Positions 46,805 to 56,357 of a stretch of DNA of 63,039 bases are shown here, piece after piece. The first letter of the stretch is position 1. The number at the start of each line of letters is the position of its first letter. The notes under the pieces were generated by a model. That model was given only the letters and a program-made list of their open reading frames with translations, was not told where the DNA came from and did no database searches. The stretch lies in contig JAGLDK010000005.1 in NCBI GenBank assembly GCA_023145615.1, positions 1 to 63,039 of the forward strand. Reading direction: 5' to 3'. Both the position numbers and the translations under genes were made by a program. The stretch comes from Ichthyobacteriaceae bacterium. Lineage in GTDB: Bacteria > Bacteroidota > Bacteroidia > Flavobacteriales > JADGDT01.

Positions 46805-47335
46805 TTAACTACCTAGTTGTTTAAATATTTCCCAAATAACAACACCTGCACTTACCGAAATATTTAACGAATGTTTTGTGCCATGTTGAGGAATTTCAAT
46901 AACCATATCCGATGCTGAAACAACGCTTTGTTGCACTCCTTTTACCTCGTTTCCGAAAATAATTGCATACTTGGTATTTTCTTCGGCTTTAAATTCATTT
47001 AGCATTGTTGCATTTTCGGCTTGCTCAATCGACGCTATTTTTACTCCATCATTTTTCAGTTTTTCAACCAAGCTTAAAGTATCTTCAACATGCTCCCATT
47101 CTACCGAATCGGTTGCACCCAAAGCAGTTTTATGAATGTCTTTATGAGGAGGTTGAGCGGTAATACCACACAAATAAATTTTTTCTACCAAAAAAGCATC
47201 CGAAGTACGAAAAACCGAACCAATATTGTTTAAACTTCTAATATTATCGAGTATAACTATTAAAGGTGTTTTTTCGGCTTGTTTAAACTGATTAACATCT
47301 TTTCTGTTTAATTCACTGTTTTTTAATTTTCTCAT
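46805..47335 (-). CDS. SpoU/TrmH-family RNA 2'-O-methyltransferase
   Basis: 176 aa with 'NNIGSVFRTSDAF', 'AIIFGNEVKGV' and 'IPQHGTKHSLNISVSAG'. Confidence 0.8.
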   Translation of the reverse strand: MRKLKNSELNRKDVNQFKQAEKTPLIVILDNIRSLNNIGSVFRTSDAFLVEKIYLCGITAQPPHKDIHKTALGATDSVEWEHVEDTLSLVEKLKNDGVKIASIEQAENATMLNEFKAEENTKYAIIFGNEVKGVQQSVVSASDMVIEIPQHGTKHSLNISVSAGVVIWEIFKQLGS

Positions 47336-47360
47336 GATGCAAAAATAATGATTTGAAACC

Positions 47361-47447
47361 GTTTAAGTAATGGTTAATTTTTAATTGTCAATGGTTAATC
47401 CTTTAGTACCTATAATACTCCGTTAAATTATAAATTAACAATGTACA
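47361..47447 (-). repeat. Mosaic intergenic repeat, composite (C - AGGTACT - B in reverse orientation)
   Basis: The reverse complement reads TGTACATTGTTAATTTATAATTTAACGGAGTATTAT-AGGTACTAAA-GGATTAACCATTGACAATTAAAAATTAACCATTACTTAAA. Confidence 0.6.
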
Positions 47448-47721
47448 ATTATCAATTTAATACTCTAAAATTTAGCAATATAAATCATTAAATAGCTATA
47501 ACATTTTTTATTATTGATTTTACTGAAGTACAGTATGTTACGGTAGAAAATAACGAACTATTTTTTGAATAAATTATTAAAAATAATATACGCATTATTG
47601 TAAAATATATTAAATTGTATATAACAATAAAGTGTAATGCAAGTTGCTGATTTATAAATGTAAATATGTAATTATTGCACAAATTTTATTTTAATAATAA
47701 TTTATTTTAACCTCACTTAAT

Positions 47722-48555
47722 ATGAATAAGTTTAAATTAATTACAATAGTTACTGCATTAGGTTTGTTTGCAATTTTTTCATCGTGTAATGATGATGAAG
47801 TAGATTATATTGTAACTCAAACCGATTTAAAAACTCAGGCTACCGAAACTGCGTTGGTAGATGTTATTTTAGCAGATGTTGAATTGCAAGGAGAGTCGGC
47901 TTTCGAAAGAAATGATAACACTTTTATTCTTGAAAAAAAAGAAGATAATCCATCGGTTAATGTAAAAATTAATACTGTTGAAAAATACATGATTATAGAT
48001 TTCGGAAGTGGAATTGAAGGAATTAAGGGTTTTGTACGTAAAGGAAAAATTATAGTTAATTATACAGGTGGTTTTTGGAATGAAGGCGATAGTGTAAAGT
48101 ATAGTTTTAAGGATTATTACATTGATGATAATAAGGTTGAAGGAAATAAAGAGTTTATTAGATTAAAGCCTGTTTTAATAGAAGGAGTATCTAAACCAAA
48201 AACAAAAGTAACAGTAGATATTAAAATTGTAAAAGCCGATGAAAGCGGTGTTGTAACCCGAAAATCGGATAGAGTTAGAGTTTGGGAAGAAGGATCGGCA
48301 ACACGCAAAATTTGGGTTGATGATAAGTTTTCGTTAACCGGTACTTCGTGGGGTAAATACTCTAACGGAAAAGATTATACCATTACAATTACTGAGCCTT
48401 TACTTGTTAGTATGGATTGCCCAAATTCAATTGTTGGAGGAGAAGTTGAGGTTAAAAATAACAAATGGACTCAGGTGGTTAATTTCGGAGATGGAACTTG
48501 CGATAATTTTTATGAAATTACTAAAGGCGATGTTAGTTTTCCGATGGTTTGGTGA
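47722..48555 (+). CDS. Lipoprotein of unknown function
   Basis: 277 aa with a signal peptide and the lipobox 'AIFSSC'. Confidence 0.55.
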   Translation: MNKFKLITIVTALGLFAIFSSCNDDEVDYIVTQTDLKTQATETALVDVILADVELQGESAFERNDNTFILEKKEDNPSVNVKINTVEKYMIIDFGSGIEGIKGFVRKGKIIVNYTGGFWNEGDSVKYSFKDYYIDDNKVEGNKEFIRLKPVLIEGVSKPKTKVTVDIKIVKADESGVVTRKSDRVRVWEEGSATRKIWVDDKFSLTGTSWGKYSNGKDYTITITEPLLVSMDCPNSIVGGEVEVKNNKWTQVVNFGDGTCDNFYEITKGDVSFPMVW

Positions 48556-48605
48556 TGAAATAACCGAATAAATACAGTATTACATTTAATAATATGTTAT
48601 TTTAT

Positions 48606-48705
48606 ACATCGTTACCTTGAGCGTAGTTTTGCGGAGTTGAAAGGTATATCACTACAAATAAATACTCTATATAATAGCTGTTTATATAGATGCTTTAACT
48701 ACGTT
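48606..48705 (+). repeat. About 100-nt dispersed repeat, copy B
   Basis: It is in the same orientation as copy A and has the same three conserved blocks separated by variable spacers. Confidence 0.6.
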
Positions 48706-48762
48706 TTTACCGCTTAACTTTAAAAACTCCGTTCCACATTACTATACTAAACAAAAATAATT

Positions 48763-48796
48763 ACACATTGTTAATTGTTAATTTAACAATGTATTG
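48763..48796. repeat. Mosaic intergenic repeat, module C (palindromic version)
   Basis: ACATTGTTAA-TTGTTAAT-TTAACAATGT, with perfect 10-bp arms. Confidence 0.5.
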
Positions 48797-48906
48797 AAAT
48801 TACAATAAGAAACATAACTAATACACTTGTCAATTATCGATAGGTGTATTTTTTGTTTGGTATATGTGGTAAATTATAATTTGCTAATAACTGTAAAATA
48901 TTAAAT

Positions 48907-50580
48907 ATGATACGATATACATTAATAATGCTATTTGCTATATTAATTGCATTAAATGTAAGTGGACAAGAATCGGAGAAATTAGATACTATAAAATTGG
49001 ATACCACAAAAGTTGAAGTTACTGAAGATACTTTGCATCCGGTTATTGAAAAAATAGATAATTCAAGTTCTATTGAAGAATCGTATAATAAAGGAAATGC
49101 GTTTCCGGTTATTATTAAAAAGGATACTGTATATACCATTTTTGAGAAAGCAAAAAGTAATTCGGTTTCTACACAAGCAGTTTTGTGTGCCGATAGAATA
49201 AGGGATGTTTTAAAAAGAGATATTTATATAAGAGATTCGATAAAGGTTGTTGATAGTGCCGAATATTTGGTGCTTAAATATGCTGGAACTACATTGGTTG
49301 AATTTAGCGATACTACCGCAACTGTATCGGGGGCTAGTAAAAGTGAGTATACAATTTATTTAACCGAAAGTTTAACAACTTACTTAGAATCGAATCAAAA
49401 AGAAGGTTTACTCGATAAATTAATAAAGGTGGTAATATATTTAGTTATATATATATTGATGCTGTTTTTGTTGAAGTTTTTACATAAAAAAGCCAGAAAT
49501 TGGGTAGTAAATAACGAGCTTGCAATATTTAGTATGCTCGAAAAAATGAACATACACAGGGTAAAAGAAGAAGATAAAGAAAAGGTAGAAAAGAATTTAC
49601 TTTACTTAATTAAGTGGATTAACAGAGTGTTTGTTTTGTTTATTTCGTATTTAATGTTGCCTGCAATTTTAAGTGTGTTTTATTACACGCAATCAATTGG
49701 AGAAAAATTATTCGGATATGTACTTAATCCGCTTATGCGATCGGTAGATGCTGTTAGTAGTTTTATTCCAAATTTATTCGAAATAATAGTAATAGTTTTT
49801 CTGTTTAAAGGACTTTTAAAACTGGTTAATTATTTCTTCGAAGAAATAGAATCGGGTCATATTCATATATCAGGTTTTTATCAAGATTGGGCACAACCCA
49901 CATCTAACATCGTAAAAATAATACTGTATATATTTTTAATAACAATAATATTTCCGTTGTTGCCTGGTGCCGAATCGGATGCGTTTAAAGGAATATCGGT
50001 ATTTGTGGGGGTGTTACTGTCAATGGGGTCAACATCGGTGGTATCTAATGCGCTTAGTGGTTTGGTTATGACGTATATGCGCCCGTTTAATGTAGGCGAT
50101 AGAATTAGTACCGATAGTGTTACTGGTGTTGTAATTCAAAAGAATATATTAGTTACCCGTATTAGAACTCCTAAAAATGTTATTGTTACAATTCCGAATT
50201 CGAAAATACTATCCGGACACAGCGAAAATTATTCTAAATCGGCGTTAATATCAAATCTAATAATTCATGGAGGAGTAACAATTGGTTACGATGTTGATTG
50301 GAGGATTGTACATAAATTACTTATTGATGCAGCTAAAAATACCGATGGTTTGGTTAATACTAAAGAGCCTTTTGTGTTGCAAACAAGCTTAGATGATTTT
50401 TATGTTGCTTACGAAATTAATGCATACACCAACAATGCATCAAATTACATTAATACTAAATCCGAATTATTTAAGAATATTTTAGAACAGTTTAATACTG
50501 CTGGTGTTGAAATTTTATCTCCACATTACAGAGCAAATCGTTCGGGTAGAGATACTGCAATTCCTGATAATGAAGAATGA
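48907..50580 (+). CDS. Mechanosensitive ion channel (MscS family) with an N-terminal exported domain
   Basis: 557 aa with 'LSGLVMTYMRPFNVGDRISTDSVTGVVIQKNILVTRIRTPKNVIVTIPNSKI'. Confidence 0.75.
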   Translation: MIRYTLIMLFAILIALNVSGQESEKLDTIKLDTTKVEVTEDTLHPVIEKIDNSSSIEESYNKGNAFPVIIKKDTVYTIFEKAKSNSVSTQAVLCADRIRDVLKRDIYIRDSIKVVDSAEYLVLKYAGTTLVEFSDTTATVSGASKSEYTIYLTESLTTYLESNQKEGLLDKLIKVVIYLVIYILMLFLLKFLHKKARNWVVNNELAIFSMLEKMNIHRVKEEDKEKVEKNLLYLIKWINRVFVLFISYLMLPAILSVFYYTQSIGEKLFGYVLNPLMRSVDAVSSFIPNLFEIIVIVFLFKGLLKLVNYFFEEIESGHIHISGFYQDWAQPTSNIVKIILYIFLITIIFPLLPGAESDAFKGISVFVGVLLSMGSTSVVSNALSGLVMTYMRPFNVGDRISTDSVTGVVIQKNILVTRIRTPKNVIVTIPNSKILSGHSENYSKSALISNLIIHGGVTIGYDVDWRIVHKLLIDAAKNTDGLVNTKEPFVLQTSLDDFYVAYEINAYTNNASNYINTKSELFKNILEQFNTAGVEILSPHYRANRSGRDTAIPDNEE

Positions 50581-50583
50581 TAA

Positions 50584-50656
50584 TAATGGTTAATTGTCAA
50601 TGTATAATTCTCCAGTACCTATAAAATTATACACACAAATAATTGTGTAATGGCAC
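50584..50656 (-). repeat. Mosaic intergenic repeat, composite (B-like - AGTACCTATAA - D in reverse)
   Basis: AATGGTTAATTGTCAATG...CCAGTACCTATAAAATTATACACACAAATAATTGTGTAATGGCAC. The 3' part is the reverse complement of module D. Confidence 0.55.
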
Positions 50657-50660
50657 ATAT

Positions 50661-50720
50661 AAACAAATTACGGGTTATTATTGAAAATTAAAATCTTCAA
50701 TAATAACCCGTAATTTGTTT
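50661..50720. terminator. 25-bp perfect hairpin between convergent genes
   Basis: AAACAAATTACGGGTTATTATTGAA-N10-TTCAATAATAACCCGTAATTTGTTT. Confidence 0.55.
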
Positions 50721-50772
50721 ATTAAGTAAGTGTTGTTTTATAAATATTGAGTTTTATTAGTAACACTAAGCT

Positions 50773-51228
50773 TTATACTTCTTCGTAAAAATCAACACCC
50801 ATTCCTTCTTCTTGAACAGAAATTTCAATAATGTGTTTATCTGTAAAGTGCAGAAGTATTTTATCGTTCAATAACTCACCATTCTTTTCCGAAAATGTAA
50901 CGTCCTTTATTTCGTTATCTAAAATAGGAAACCAATGTTTATCGAGCGTTGCATTTTCTCTAATAATAGTAGCTTGACCATTAAATTCAGTTTCTGTTTT
51001 TAGTTTTTCTTCTTCAAAGTTTACACTTTTAACCTCTATGCCATCGTTTTCAGTTCCGTAGTTTAAAGATAAAAGAGTATCGTCTTGCATGCGTAATTCA
51101 ATCCAATCGAGGCTACTAAACCCATCTTCACTAGCAAGATTTTTCCATAAATAGTAAACTACTTTTCCAATCTTTTTTCCTTTCAATTCCGAAATTGCTT
51201 CGTGGCAACTTGTCGATAAAAATCCCAT
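50773..51228 (-). CDS. Hypothetical cytoplasmic protein (151 aa)
   Basis: Only an ORF, acidic, with no motif recognised. Confidence 0.4.
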   Translation of the reverse strand: MGFLSTSCHEAISELKGKKIGKVVYYLWKNLASEDGFSSLDWIELRMQDDTLLSLNYGTENDGIEVKSVNFEEEKLKTETEFNGQATIIRENATLDKHWFPILDNEIKDVTFSEKNGELLNDKILLHFTDKHIIEISVQEEGMGVDFYEEV

Positions 51229-51386
51229 AACTAATTATTTATACTGATTGATGATTTCTAGTTTTAAAGTGGCAAAATTACTAATTAATAACATACTTGT
51301 ATGTTGTTTCTTACAATAAAACTTTTACATAAAAAACAGAAACACCATGTAATACCAAAATAAACGGCTAATTAGCGTAATTAAGC

Positions 51387-51971
51387 TTAGTTTTTAGTGG
51401 TTTTTTTCGATTTATCGTATAAAAGTTCATCAACTTCAATAATATTTCCGGGTATAAAATCATCAATATGTATATCTCCAATTCTAACTCTAACTAATCT
51501 TAGGGTAGGAAAGCCAACCGACGCAGTCATTTTACGTATTTGACGAAACTTTCCTTCAGTTATTATTACCGAAATCCAACTCGATGAACGATGATTATCT
51601 CGTACACGAGGTATTCTTTCCACAAAATTAGGGTTACTTATAAGTTTAACTTTAGCAGGTAGAGTAGTGTATTTATTGCTATTATTACCAATGTTAACAC
51701 CATTTATAAGTTTGCTAATTGCGTTAGGTGTTATAACGCCATCAACTTGTACATAATACTCTTTATCTACACTTTTACTTCTTATATCATCGCTTATTTT
51801 TCCGTTGGTAGTTAGTAAAAGTAAACCTTCCGATGCTTCATCTAATCTGCCAATAGCCATTGTTCCTTCGGCAAAATCAAATAATTCTCCAAGTAATTTT
51901 TTGCTACGTTTTTGTTGTCCTCTTGTAAACTGACTCAAATATCCGTAGGGTTTATGTAATATATAGTGCAT
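51387..51971 (-). CDS. Pseudouridine synthase, RsuA/RluE family (no S4 domain)
   Basis: 194 aa with the catalytic Asp motif 'IGRLDEASEGLLLLTTNG' and 'GKFRQIRKM'. Confidence 0.8.
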   Translation of the reverse strand: MHYILHKPYGYLSQFTRGQQKRSKKLLGELFDFAEGTMAIGRLDEASEGLLLLTTNGKISDDIRSKSVDKEYYVQVDGVITPNAISKLINGVNIGNNSNKYTTLPAKVKLISNPNFVERIPRVRDNHRSSSWISVIITEGKFRQIRKMTASVGFPTLRLVRVRIGDIHIDDFIPGNIIEVDELLYDKSKKTTKN

Positions 51972-51974
51972 AAA

Positions 51975-52604
51975 TTACAATTCTAGTTTCCATTGTTTAT
52001 AAAAACCATTAATAGCCTTTTCGTTTGCAATAGTGCTTGCTGGCCCATGTCCGGGATATACATTTACATTATCATTTAAACTATCAATTAAATTTACAAC
52101 CGATTTTTTAAGGCTTTTAATATCTCCCATTGGAAAATCCCATCTACCAACCGAACCTTGAAAAAGAGTATCGCCCGAGCATAAATCATTATCTATTTTA
52201 TAACAAACACCGCCAGGAGTATGTCCAGGAGTAAGTATAATCTCAATAGTTTTATCGTCTATTTTAAAAGTTTCCGATTCGTTAATTTGTACAATGTTAA
52301 TATCTTTTATGTTAAAAGGTACATCTCTGCCAAACATTGTAAAACCGTTGTTGGTATTATCAATAAGTATTTGATATTCGTTTTTGTGTAAATACACAGG
52401 AACATCAAAAGCATCAATAGCACCTATATGATCGGCATGTGCATGAGTTAATAAAACACCCAATACAGTTAGGTTTTTACTCTCAACATATCTTAAAAGA
52501 GTTTGCTTATCGCTACCCGGATCAACTATGTAGCATTTTTTATTGTGTTCTATTATATAGCAGTTTACAGGTATATCGCCTTGTAATAATAAATGATGAA
52601 GCAT
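51975..52604 (-). CDS. MBL-fold metallo-hydrolase (glyoxalase II-like)
   Basis: 209 aa with 'LLTHAHADHIG' (HxHxDH) and 'TPGHTPG'. Confidence 0.8.
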   Translation of the reverse strand: MLHHLLLQGDIPVNCYIIEHNKKCYIVDPGSDKQTLLRYVESKNLTVLGVLLTHAHADHIGAIDAFDVPVYLHKNEYQILIDNTNNGFTMFGRDVPFNIKDINIVQINESETFKIDDKTIEIILTPGHTPGGVCYKIDNDLCSGDTLFQGSVGRWDFPMGDIKSLKKSVVNLIDSLNDNVNVYPGHGPASTIANEKAINGFYKQWKLEL

Positions 52605-52704
52605 AGGTTTAAAATTTACGTTTTTTTAAATGTAGTGTAGTATATTTTTATATAGGGATTAATAATAATTCATCATTGTAAATGACGAACTTTTCCAAAT
52701 ATTA

Positions 52705-52755
52705 TTTATGCGGTAAATATAGGTGTTATCAAATCACTGTATTTGTCAGAGAGCC
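52705..52755 (-). mobile_element. MITE-like element fragment (inverted orientation)
   Basis: The reverse complement, GGCTCTCTGACAAATACAGTGATTTGATAAC..., matches the left end of the family. Confidence 0.5.
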
Positions 52756-52989
52756 TAAACTTTTTGCTAAGATTATTGGTAATCCATCAAATTTGTTATG
52801 TTGTAGATTTTTTTTGCATTGTTGGCTAATACTTGTGTGTCATGCACTGAGAATATAACATCCTTATCTGTGTTATTTTATCCAATTTTTTTTAATATTA
52901 TGGGCTATAAATTCAAATTGCCATATCTTTTATAGATAATAGTTTTTGTGTTTACTATTCAATAACAATAAAACCAAAATGGGTTAAAA

Positions 52990-53059
52990 AAACAATTACA
53001 GCACTTCAATTTTATCAACTTAAATTTAAGCTGATAAAATTGAGGTACTGTAATTGTTT
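52990..53059. terminator. 30-bp imperfect hairpin downstream of the 127-aa secreted-protein gene
   Basis: AAACAATTACAGCACTTCAATTTTATCAAC pairs with GCTGATAAAATTGAGGTACTGTAATTGTTT. Confidence 0.5.
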
Positions 53060-53104
53060 ACTGTAAAAAAATAGGTTTGTTAAATAGCTAATTAAAGGTT
53101 GTGT

Positions 53105-53488
53105 TTAAAAACTTTTAGCTTCGTCTTTCCACCAGTTTTTAACCGATATTTTTTGTCCACCTCTTTCTCTGCATTCCTTTTCGGCCATAATAATAGCGTT
53201 GCTTAAATTTTGGTTTCCGGCAACAATACCTATTACTTTTTTGCCCGATTTTGTTGTGCCTTCAGCTATTGCACCATATCCTTTTTTGCTTGTAAAGTAA
53301 ACCGGAGCGGGAGAATTTCCGCCTAAATTAATACATCTTTCAAATGCAATATCAGATGTATGGGTCGACCCCGAAGAATAACCAAATGTGTCGGTTTGTT
53401 GACAAAAGTAAACCGATGTTTGAGCTTGTAATGTGTTTAAATTAACCAAACCAAATACAATAAATAATGCAAGTGCTGTTTTTTTCAT
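53105..53488 (-). CDS. Small secreted protein, DUF4189-like
   Basis: 127 aa with a signal peptide, 'GYGAIAEG' and a conserved Cys pair. The family assignment is from memory only. Confidence 0.4.
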   Translation of the reverse strand: MKKTALALFIVFGLVNLNTLQAQTSVYFCQQTDTFGYSSGSTHTSDIAFERCINLGGNSPAPVYFTSKKGYGAIAEGTTKSGKKVIGIVAGNQNLSNAIIMAEKECRERGGQKISVKNWWKDEAKSF

Positions 53489-53900
53489 AGTAATTTTTTT
53501 TAGGGTTGATATATGTGTTAGGTAGTTTTGTAATGTTAATTTTCAGTAGCCTTTAGGTTTTATATTTTTTAATTTTACTACTATAATTTTTTAATATAAA
53601 CGGGCTTTAAAAAGTATGTTTTATTAAAAGTATATTTCAGAAGGTAATAGATTAACCAAATTATAGTATCAATTGTTTAATTGATTTAATAGGTTAATTA
53701 CCTGTATTATAGTTTGTTATGATAAATATACTAATAGATATTCAACTATCAGTAGTTAAATACAAAATATTATTAGTTAAAATGCTTATTTATAAGATGT
53801 TACGATTTGAGTTTGTAGTATTGTAGTAATTATTTATCCTTGATAATCAGTAAGTTGTAATATACCGGCTGTTACATTCTTATAATACATAATTATATAT

Positions 53901-53908
53901 TATTTTTG
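53901..53908 (+). promoter_or_regulatory. -7 box TATTTTTG for lysS
   Basis: An exact TAnnTTTG match 28 nt upstream of the ATG at 53936. Confidence 0.45.
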
Positions 53909-53935
53909 CAAACTCTAAAGTTAAGATATACATAT

Positions 53936-55630
53936 ATGCAATTATCAGAACAAGAAATAGTTAGACGTGAGTCGCTTCAGAAGTTAAGAGATTTAGGAAT
54001 AGATCCTTACCCAGCAGCTCAATACATGGTTGATACATATACAAAAGATATTACCTCGGATTTTGAAAAGTTTGATGGTAAAGAAGTTGTTATTGCTGGT
54101 AGAATGATGAGCCGTAGAATTATGGGTAAAGCATCGTTTGCCGAAATTAAGGATGCTCAAGGTCGAATTCAGGTTTATATTTCCAGAGATGATATAGCTA
54201 CCGAATCTGTACCTGAAATGTATAATCAAGTGTTCAAGAAACTTATGGACATTGGTGATATTATAGGTATAAAAGGTAAAGTTTTTAAAACACAAGTTGG
54301 AGAAATTTCAATTCATGTTACAGAACTTACAATGCTTTCTAAATCGTTAAAGCCTCTTCCGGTTGTTAAAACCGATGATAAAGGTGTTGTGCACGATGCA
54401 TTTAACGATCCTGAAATGCGTTACCGTCAGCGTTATGTAGATTTAATTGTAAACGATAGCGTAAAAGATACTTTTATAAAGCGTACAAAAATTACCAATA
54501 CAATGCGCCAATTCTTCAACGATGAAGGATATTTAGAAGTTGAAACTCCAATATTACAACCAATACCGGGTGGTGCAACAGCACGTCCGTTTATGACACA
54601 CCACAATGCGTTAGATATGCCATTATATATGCGTATTGCTAACGAGCTTTACCTGAAACGATTAATAGTTGGTGGTTTTGATGGTGTATATGAGTTTGCA
54701 AAAGATTTCCGTAACGAAGGAATGGATCGTACACACAATCCTGAATTTACTGTAATGGAGCTTTATGTAGCTTATAAAGATTACAATTGGATGATGGACT
54801 TTACCGAAAAGTTACTTCAAAAAATTGCTATTGAAACCAACGGTACTACCGAGCTTAGTGTTTGGGGTAACGATGTAAGTTTTAAAGCACCTTTCCGCCG
54901 TTTGCCAATGCTTGATGCTATTAAAGAGTACACAGGTATTGATATTACAGGTATGGATGAGGTTCAGTTGAAAGAAGTTTGTAAACAACTTGATATTGAA
55001 ACCGACGAAACAATGGGTGTTGGTAAACTTATTGATGAGATTTTTGGAGAAAAATGTGAGGCTAACTTAATTCAGCCAACATTTATTACCGATTATCCAA
55101 AAGATATGAGTCCGCTTACAAAAGAACACCGAGATAATCCTGAACTTACAGAGCGTTTTGAGCTTATTGTAAACGGTAAGGAATTAGCAAATGCATACTC
55201 TGAGCTTAACGATCCTATTGATCAGAAAGAAAGATTTGAAGCACAGTTAGCACTTTCAGAAAAAGGAGATGACGAAGCAATGTTTATTGATCAAGATTTT
55301 GTTAGAGCATTAGAATATGGAATGCCTCCAACATCAGGTATCGGAATTGGAATTGACCGTTTGGTTATGATGATGACCGATAACGCATCAATACAAGAAG
55401 TGTTGTTTTTCCCTCAAATGAAACCAGAAAAAACAGCTCCTTCTGTTGAGTTAAAAGATCACGAAAAAGAGCTTTTTGAATTAGTGCAAAACAATGATGG
55501 TATTGCATTAGCCGATTTGAAAGAAAAAGCGGGTTTAAGCGGAAAGAAATGGGATAAAGGAATGAAAACTTTAACCAAACATAATTTAGTAAAAATTAAC
55601 GGAGAAACTAAAACAGTTGATTTAGTTTAA
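53936..55630 (+). CDS. lysS: Lysine--tRNA ligase (class II) with a C-terminal extension of about 69 aa
   Basis: It has '[15 protein letters not shown]', '[11 protein letters not shown]' and '[13 protein letters not shown]'. The ORF-track start at 53906 is a TTG inside a TATTTTTG -7 box, and the first ATG is at 53936. Confidence 0.95.
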   Translation: MQLSEQEIVRRESLQKLRDLGIDPYPAAQYMVDTYTKDITSDFEKFDGKEVVIAGRMMSRRIMGKASFAEIKDAQGRIQVYISRDDIATESVPEMYNQVFKKLMDIGDIIGIKGKVFKTQVGEISIHVTELTMLSKSLKPLPVVKTDDKGVVHDAFNDPEMRYRQRYVDLIVNDSVKDTFIKRTKITNTMRQFFNDEGYLEVETPILQPIPGGATARPFMTHHNALDMPLYMRIANELYLKRLIVGGFDGVYEFAKDFRNEGMDRTHNPEFTVMELYVAYKDYNWMMDFTEKLLQKIAIETNGTTELSVWGNDVSFKAPFRRLPMLDAIKEYTGIDITGMDEVQLKEVCKQLDIETDETMGVGKLIDEIFGEKCEANLIQPTFITDYPKDMSPLTKEHRDNPELTERFELIVNGKELANAYSELNDPIDQKERFEAQLALSEKGDDEAMFIDQDFVRALEYGMPPTSGIGIGIDRLVMMMTDNASIQEVLFFPQMKPEKTAPSVELKDHEKELFELVQNNDGIALADLKEKAGLSGKKWDKGMKTLTKHNLVKINGETKTVDLV

Positions 55631-55651
55631 GGTTACATACTATATAAAATT

Positions 55652-55686
55652 AAAAAAGGAATCTCGGTTTGAGGTTCCTTTTTTTT
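55652..55686 (+). terminator. Rho-independent terminator after lysS
   Basis: GGAATCTC-GGTTT-GAGGTTCC followed by T8. Confidence 0.7.
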
Positions 55687-55802
55687 GTGGTGTATTTTCC
55701 GAAATGCCTGAAAATACAACTGTAAATTCTTTATATAAACTTTTATATCGTGCTGATTTTAAATATCATTATAAAAAAGACATTTTTATCTGCTAAAATT
55801 AT

Positions 55803-55810
55803 TAAGTTTG
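55803..55810 (+). promoter_or_regulatory. -7 box TAAGTTTG for trxA
   Basis: An exact TAnnTTTG match 46 nt upstream of the ATG. Confidence 0.4.
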
Positions 55811-55855
55811 TGGAAGTATAAAGCAGAATTAAATATTAAATAATTCAACATAGTT

Positions 55856-56176
55856 ATGGCATTAGAAGTAGTTGATGCAAATTTTGAAGTAGAAGTACTT
55901 CAATCAGACAAAGTAGTATTAGTAGATTTTTGGGCAGCTTGGTGTGGTCCTTGTAGAATGGTTGGACCTATTGTTGAGGAACTAGCTAAAGACTACGAAG
56001 GAAAAGCTGTAATAGCTAAAGTTGATGTTGATAATAATCCATCAATTTCTTCAGCACTTGGAATCAGAAATATTCCAACGTTATTATTTTTTAAAGATGG
56101 TAAGGTTGTTGATAAGCAAGTTGGAGTAGCTCCAAAAGAGGCACTAGCAGCTAAACTTGATGCTTTAATAGGATAG
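55856..56176 (+). CDS. trxA: Thioredoxin
   Basis: 106 aa with the 'WAAWCGPCRM' active site. Confidence 0.95.
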   Translation: MALEVVDANFEVEVLQSDKVVLVDFWAAWCGPCRMVGPIVEELAKDYEGKAVIAKVDVDNNPSISSALGIRNIPTLLFFKDGKVVDKQVGVAPKEALAAKLDALIG

Positions 56177-56191
56177 TATAATATTCTATAT

Positions 56192-56247
56192 ATCAGCATA
56201 AAAAAAGAGAGAACTAAAATTTTAGTTCTCTCTTTTTTTATGCTGAT
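56192..56247. terminator. Bidirectional terminator between trxA and the BI-1 gene
   Basis: A 56-nt near-perfect palindrome, ATCAGCATAAAAAAAGAGAGAACTAAAA/TTTTAGTTCTCTCTTTTTTTATGCTGAT. Confidence 0.8.
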
Positions 56248-56254
56248 AAGTTTT

Positions 56255-56317
56255 GTTTTCTGACAAATACCGTAATTTGATAATAACTAATTTTAATATT
56301 TTTTTTATCAGAAAATC
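56255..56317 (+). mobile_element. MITE-like element, 63-bp mini copy with a perfect 9-bp target-site duplication
   Basis: The ends are GTTTTCTGACAAATACCGTAATTTGATAA and TTATCAGAAAATC. It is flanked by ATAAGTTTT (56246-56254) and ATAAGTTTT (56318-56326). Confidence 0.7.
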
Positions 56318-56357
56318 ATAAGTTTTAAACCCATCATACTTTGTGTAATATGGTTAT

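Noticed and set aside
42933-48705. Interpreting the direct repeats as att sites of a genomic island or prophage remnant
   Set aside because: There is no integrase, transposase or phage gene between them, and the enclosed genes are ordinary housekeeping types. The repeats look like members of a dispersed family rather than a duplicated attachment site. The observation is kept only as a low-confidence finding.
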